From contig NC_068998.1 in assembly GCF_001194135.2 (NCBI RefSeq), positions 30,637,563 through 30,679,232 on the forward strand: a DNA stretch of 41,670 bases. The letters are read 5' to 3'. The DNA comes from Octopus bimaculoides. Lineage: Eukaryota. The position numbers and the translations under genes were made by a program. The notes beneath the pieces are model-generated. The model saw only the letters and a program-made list of their open reading frames with translations. It searched no databases and was not told the DNA's origin. Positions 36,386-41,670 of this stretch are shown piece by piece (within the stretch, counting starts at the first letter, position 1; each line of letters begins with the position of its first letter).

Positions 36386-36589
36386 TCTCCCCTTCTCTTT
36401 CTCTCTCTCTCTCTCNNNNNNNNNNCTCTCTCTCTCTCTCTTTGTCTCCCCTTCTCTTTCTCTCTCTCTCTCTCTATTTTTTTTCAATTGAGTTATTACC
36501 TCACTTGGCATAAGCATAACACACAGACATGCAGAAATAAGTAGCCTAATATTAGAATAACTGTTTCTATTATAGGCACAAAGCCTAAA

Positions 36590-37167
36590 ACTTTTCATGG
36601 GATAAGGTTAGTTAATCACATTGACCATGGTGTTCAACTGACAATCATTTCATTGATCCTGAAAGGATGAAAGGCAATATGGCAATTTGAACTCAGAACA
36701 TAGAGACTAAATGCATTTTGTTCAATGTGCTAACAATTCTGCCAGCTTGCTACTAAAGACACCGAGGCCTGAAATTTTTGGGAAGGTGGTTAGTTGATTA
36801 CATCAATCCTAATACTTGATTGGTACTCATTTTATCAACCCTGAAAGAATGAAAGGCAAAGTTGACCTTGGTGGAATTTGAACTCAAAATGTAAGCCAAC
36901 AGACACGAGGTTAAGCATTTTGTCCAGTGTGTTAATGCTTTTGCAGCTTGCCACCTTATAATGGTAATACTGGTTTCAAATTTTAGAACAAGGCCAGCAA
37001 TTTTAGGGGAGTTCAACTGGTTCTTATTTTATTGACCCAGAAAGGATGAAAAGCAAAGTCAACCCCAGTGGTATTTGAACCCAGAACATCAAGCTAGAAT
37101 AAATGTCACTAAACATTTTGTCTGGCCTCAATGATTCTGCCAACTCACTGCAATAATAATTATTATT

Positions 37168-37201
<34 letters not shown>

Positions 37202-37393
37202 CAAATTTGGCCACAAGGCTAGCAACTTTAGGGGGAAGTGGGCAGTTGATTACCTCGAACACAGTACTTCACTGAGCCTGAAAGGATGAAAGCAAAGTGT
37301 TCACTGCAGCAGGATTGAAACTCAGAACATAAAAGAGAACCAGAACAAATGCTGCCAAGCATTTCATCTGATGTGCCAATGATTCTGCCCTTC
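36590..37393 (-). mobile_element. Head-to-tail cluster of four decayed tRNA-derived SINEs
   Basis: The body GAAAG(G/A)ATGAAA(G/A)GCAA and B-box-like ATTTGAAC(T/C)CAGAA recur at about 36660, 36843, 37040 and 37280, each ending in (A/G)ATTCTGCC or an equivalent A-box remnant. Confidence 0.8.
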
Positions 37394-37695
37394 AACAACA
37401 CCTCACATCTAATAATATTCACTTGCACCAGATTCTTAACAATAATACCTCCAGTTGTCTGATGTGATGCAGATGGGGGAAAAAAAATCAACTAGTGGAT
37501 AGGATATTAGCTTATTATTGGTAATGTCTCCAGGTAATCTAGTACTTTTTATTCTTGATAGCTAACTGATCTAAGCAATGTTAACTGAAATGTTACAGAG
37601 CAAAATACCTGCAGCAGACATGACCTAAAAAGAATCAAACTGTCCACTATCTTAGCAGCCTGACCATTTTCAATTCAAAAGTATCAAATATTTAC

Positions 37696-37795
37696 CCATT
37701 TGAAGTAGCCAAACTTGCCAGGAATTTATTTTTCACAGTACCAACAGGTAAATCTGAATCTGATATAGTTGGTTTATCTTCAGGCTTCAGGTTTC
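37696..37795 (-). CDS. TTK: Probable TTK/Mps1 exon: (G)NLKPEDKPTISDSDLPVGTVKNKFLASLATSN(G)
   Basis: Acceptor ctttaatgttccttaaattctag|GA, donor AATGG|gtaaat; 100 nt; phase 1 in and phase 2 out, matching exon 24466. No homology recognised, so support is splice signals and phase only. Confidence 0.55.
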
Positions 37796-38216
37796 CTAGA
37801 ATTTAAGGAACATTAAAGTGAATTACAACAATAAGAATGAAAATGTTAAGAAATGCATTTCCTTGCTACATATGAAAGTAAACCATACCAACATAAACTA
37901 CCCATTACAACTAGTTGGATTCAACCATCAAGAATCAATCTAGTAGGTTATCATGAAAGATAACACAATATGGGCAGTAAGCTGGCAACTGAAACTCTAA
38001 TGAAGTAGATCAACATCCAGCCTTGTAGAATAAACTAACATGATGAGTAGATGGCATATTTATCTGCAAAGATCTTGAGATATTGAACCAATAATGGGAA
38101 GACTGGATGCACAGCTATCATCATGCACAACTCTACAAAGACTATTACAAACCAGAGATTTAAATTATGATCACTGTATACAAATGCAACAAAAATTAGT
38201 TTATAACTGGTGTGAG

Positions 38217-38219
<3 letters not shown>

Positions 38220-38295
<76 letters not shown>

Positions 38296-38490
38296 NNNNN
38301 NNNNNNNNNNNNNNNNNNNNNNNNNNNNNNNNNNNNNNNNNNNNNNNNNNNNNNNNNNNNNNNNNNNNNNNNNNNNNNNNNNNNNNNNNNNNNNNNNNNA
38401 GAGACAGGGAGAGAGAGAGAGAGACAGGGAGAGAGAGAGAGAGACAGGGAGAGAGAGAGAGAGACAGGGAGAGAGAGAGAGAGAGAGAGA
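38220..38490. repeat. (GA)n / (GAGACAGG-GAGA)n repeat spanning an N-gap
   Basis: Read directly; source of the RERE/SLSL pseudo-ORFs. Confidence 0.95.
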
Positions 38491-38841
38491 GTGTGACATT
38501 GCAAAGGTTGAAAAGCAACTATAAATGGCAATCAGAAATGACAAAGGTATATCCACAACAGGATTTTTTCTTGAGAAGTTATATATGAAATGAGGCAGTT
38601 TTCCACTAGGTTCATACCAGCTCCATGTCTAATAGGACTGTTGTAAACAGAGTGAAAAAGAGAGCTACATGTCCAATATAAGTGGTTAACATCATTTTAT
38701 AATTGTTTTCCATGCTGGCATGGATTACATGGTTCAACAGATATAAGGATCATGTCTTGTTCAAGCAAAAACATCTCTGTTTTGGTATGGTTTCTATGAT
38801 TGGGTATTCTTCCTAATAACAATCAGTTCACAGAGAGCATC

Positions 38842-39610
38842 ATCGTCATCATCATCACAGTTAAACGTCTGCTTTCCATGCTAGCATGGGTTGGACGATT
38901 TGACTGAAGACTGGTGGACCAGGAGGTAACACCAGGCTCCAATCTGATTTCGCAGAGTTTCTACAGCTGGATGCCCTTCCTAATGTCAACCACTCCGAGA
39001 GTGTAGTGGGTGCTTTTACGTGCCACCGGCACAAGGGCCAGTTAGGCGATACTGGCGATGGCCATGCTCGAAATGGTGTATTTTATGTGCCACCTGCACA
39101 GGAGCCAGTCCATCGGTACTGGCAACGATCTCGCTCGAATGTCTTTTCANNNNNNNNNNTGGATGCCCTTCCTAATGTCAACCACTCCGAGAGTGTAGTG
39201 GGTGCTTTTACGTGCCACCGGCACAAGGGCCAGTTAGGCGATACTGGCGATGGCCATGCTCGAAATGGTGTATTTTATGTGTCACCTGCATAGGGGCCAG
39301 TCCATCAGCACTGGCAACGATCTCGCTCGAATGTCTTTTCACGTGCCACTGGCACAAGTGCCAGGAAGGCGACATTGGTAACGATCACGCTGGTGCTATT
39401 TACATGCCACCGGCATGGAAGCCAGACAGCTGCTCTGGCAACGATCGTGCTCGGATGGTGCTCTTAGTGTTCCACCAGTACAGGTGCCAACACGATTTCG
39501 TTTGCCCCAACAGGTCTTCGCAAGCCGAGTTTAATGTTCCTACAAATTTAGTTCCATTTCGATTTCACTTGCCTCACCATGTCTTCGCAAGCGGAGTTTA
39601 GTGTCCAATG
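38842..39610 (-). mobile_element. RTE 3' UTR with internal tandem subrepeats and (GAT)n tail
   Basis: Starts CATCATCGTCATCATCATCACAGTTAAACGTCTGCTTTCCATGCTAGCATGGG, the reverse complement of the 20108-20572 tail; repeated GTGCCACC...CTGGCAACGATC units. Confidence 0.82.
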
Positions 39611-41445
39611 AAGGAATGTTACGCGTAGCACTGGCTACATTTTTCATAGCACCAGTACTATAGAAGTTGCCTTGTATTAGCAACACTAATAAGCCTTCTC
39701 AAACCCTGCATTGTTACTGCTAGATTCTTTTCTGCCTTGTAGAATCACTACTACAAGAAAACCCTACCAGTGTTGGTGCCACACAAATACACTTACAGTG
39801 TGTTGGGTCTTTTTTCTGACAACAACACTGATAGAATCATCTTGTAGCTTACAAAGCAAAAGAATCCCCCTCATTATGGACAGAACAAATTTATTGTTGT
39901 GAGAAGATGATAATGGGAAAAATAACTGAGGAAACAATGTTAGAGGGAGTAATGGAAACGAGATGGGGAAAAATAATGTCAGACCTATTATGAAGGAAAG
40001 GGGACAGGACAAAGTGGTAATGATAATGAGGTGGGTTGAGTTGGTATATCTAGTAATGGGGTAGCTCAGTCTGCTCACTGTGCTTGCAGAGATTGGATAG
40101 TTTGTCAGGACCTATGTTGGGTTTTACTCAAGTTACACAGATTTATTATTGAGAGAGATGGAAGGGAAGAAACTAAGAGATAGTGTTAAGAATGTGGGTA
40201 ATAGGAGGGAAAAGTAAAACAGAAGTCAAGGGGTTAGAGAGAGGGAGCTAAAGACTCTTGGAGAATGAGGAGGGTTGACTAAGAGATGCAATGCTACCCA
40301 TGTTATATGTGGGTGGGCAAAGCAGGGTATGGAAGAGAGATAAAATGATGACGAAGAACCAGAGCACATCATCAAGGGAACACGTACATTTCATAATTTA
40401 ACTCTGTAAATGTCATATAGCTAGTTCAAGCATATACATAAGAACACTGGATTAAGAGAAAGTGAAGATATTTTTATTTCATTTGAAGCTATTAATATGA
40501 ACATATTTTATCCATTCATACTTGAAATTCTTTAATTCTAAAATAATCTGAAAGTGAATAGAAGTGCCTGAAACAGTTACTAGTTGAATATATTAACTGC
40601 GATATTTTCAGATTCAAGTATTACTCATTTGCACAGACCTTTGTTTGTTGCCAACTGAGAATATTTTCAATATTAATTCCTCTACTGCCTTAATCCCTGT
40701 TCTTACATTTTTCTTACATTTGGGATCACTAGTAGGGTTGTACAGAAGTCTCTTGACACCACTGCTGCTCCTCAATTTGAACCTTATTATCATGCAAGTC
40801 CTGTAATGTTTGGTCTCAAGTGTCCAGAGCTCTCTAGGAATCCATTGTGCATTTGTTCCCAACAAAAGCCTGGTATCTCTTAGGAATACTAGCAGAAAAA
40901 CCACCCTCCGGGAGGTTTCCTGCTGGCATATGTGTTGCACATATTGATTGGTATTATATATACATATAGATATGATACCTAAATTATAGAGTAAAGTGAC
41001 AATATGCTCATGAATTGAACAAAGACTCTGTTATAATTTATTCTGTAATCAGTAAAATAATCCATGGTACATTTAAAAAAGATGATAATGAAAATTGGAA
41101 AAGAGATGTGCCTGTTTATGAATCTTCACTTGAGTGAATTTGAAAATAGATGCTCTGGTGGGAATTAATGAATTACATTAACCAATATGAAGAGTTGAGT
41201 TTTGCTATATTGTTGTTTCATTATATTCAGTTATAGACGTCTTAAGTGTTTCTAGCATCCCTTTCCTATCATTTAAAAAGAAACTTAAATACATTTCAAT
41301 TAAAAGAGAGTAATGAATGTCTCACATCACTGTAGAATTTTTTTGCAGACACAACTGTCAGCAAATAGACCATTTTCATTTATCTCAGTTAATATATTCA
41401 TATTTTCTTTTCTTGACGCTCTTGATAAGGCAACATACATCTGAC

Positions 41446-41670
41446 CATCATCATCATCGTTTAACGTCCGCTTTCCATGCTAGCATGGGTTGGACGATTT
41501 GACTGAGGACTGGTGAAACCGGATGGCAACACCAGGCTCCAGTCTAATTTGGCAGAGTTTCTACAGCTGGATGCCCTTCCTAACGCCAACCACTCAGAGA
41601 GTGTAGTGGGTGCTTTTACGTGTCACCCGCACGAAAACGGCCACGCTCGAAATGGTGTCTTTTATGTGCC
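41446..41670 (-). mobile_element. Young RTE 3' end (runs off the window)
   Basis: 41460-41644 matches the reverse complement of 20365-20550 with one mismatch that I can see (CTAATT vs CTGATT). Confidence 0.88.

Noticed and set aside
38968-39340. Identical ~170-nt tandem duplication (also 36357-36476)
   Set aside because: The duplicates sit on either side of a 10-N gap, typical of unmerged overlapping contig ends.
40614-40940. 108-aa minus-strand ORF considered as a TTK TPR exon
   Set aside because: No convincing splice sites with the needed phase-1 donor and no resemblance to the Mps1 TPR helices that I can recognise.

Overview
Eukaryotic, AT-rich, microsatellite- and transposon-dense genomic DNA with about 11 N-gaps. 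The repeat families (tRNA-derived SINEs, RTE LINE tails ending in (GAT)n, mariner/Tc1 fossils) look like those of a coleoid cephalopod, most likely Octopus; this is inference from repeat content, not a database match. The one host gene I can support is on the minus strand: seven phase-compatible GT-AG exons (37795-37696, 24466-24071, 21386-21280, 16293-15057, 12865-12784, 12670-12596, 10938-10784) join into a 716-codon partial ORF ending in kinase subdomains I-IV that closely resemble the spindle-checkpoint kinase TTK/Mps1. Neither the N-terminal TPR exons nor the rest of the kinase domain are visible in the window. The introns hold decayed and often nested transposons: RTE, R4/Dong-like, CR1/L2-like and HERO-like LINEs, at least five mariner and two Tc1 copies, a Helitron, a probable Helentron-type element and SINEs. 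The most unusual signals are (i) a fold-back element at 34.3-35.1 kb carrying two oppositely oriented, degenerate minimal type-I hammerhead ribozyme motifs (Penelope-like), (ii) an inverted pair of hairpin cassettes enclosing telomere-like TTAGGG repeats next to an orphan ORF, (iii) near-identical inverted RTE tails bracketing a 603-nt frame-symmetric three-exon block (circRNA/skipping candidate), and (iv) an apparently much longer pre-kinase linker than in human TTK. Most entries in the ORF track are microsatellite, gap or antisense artefacts.
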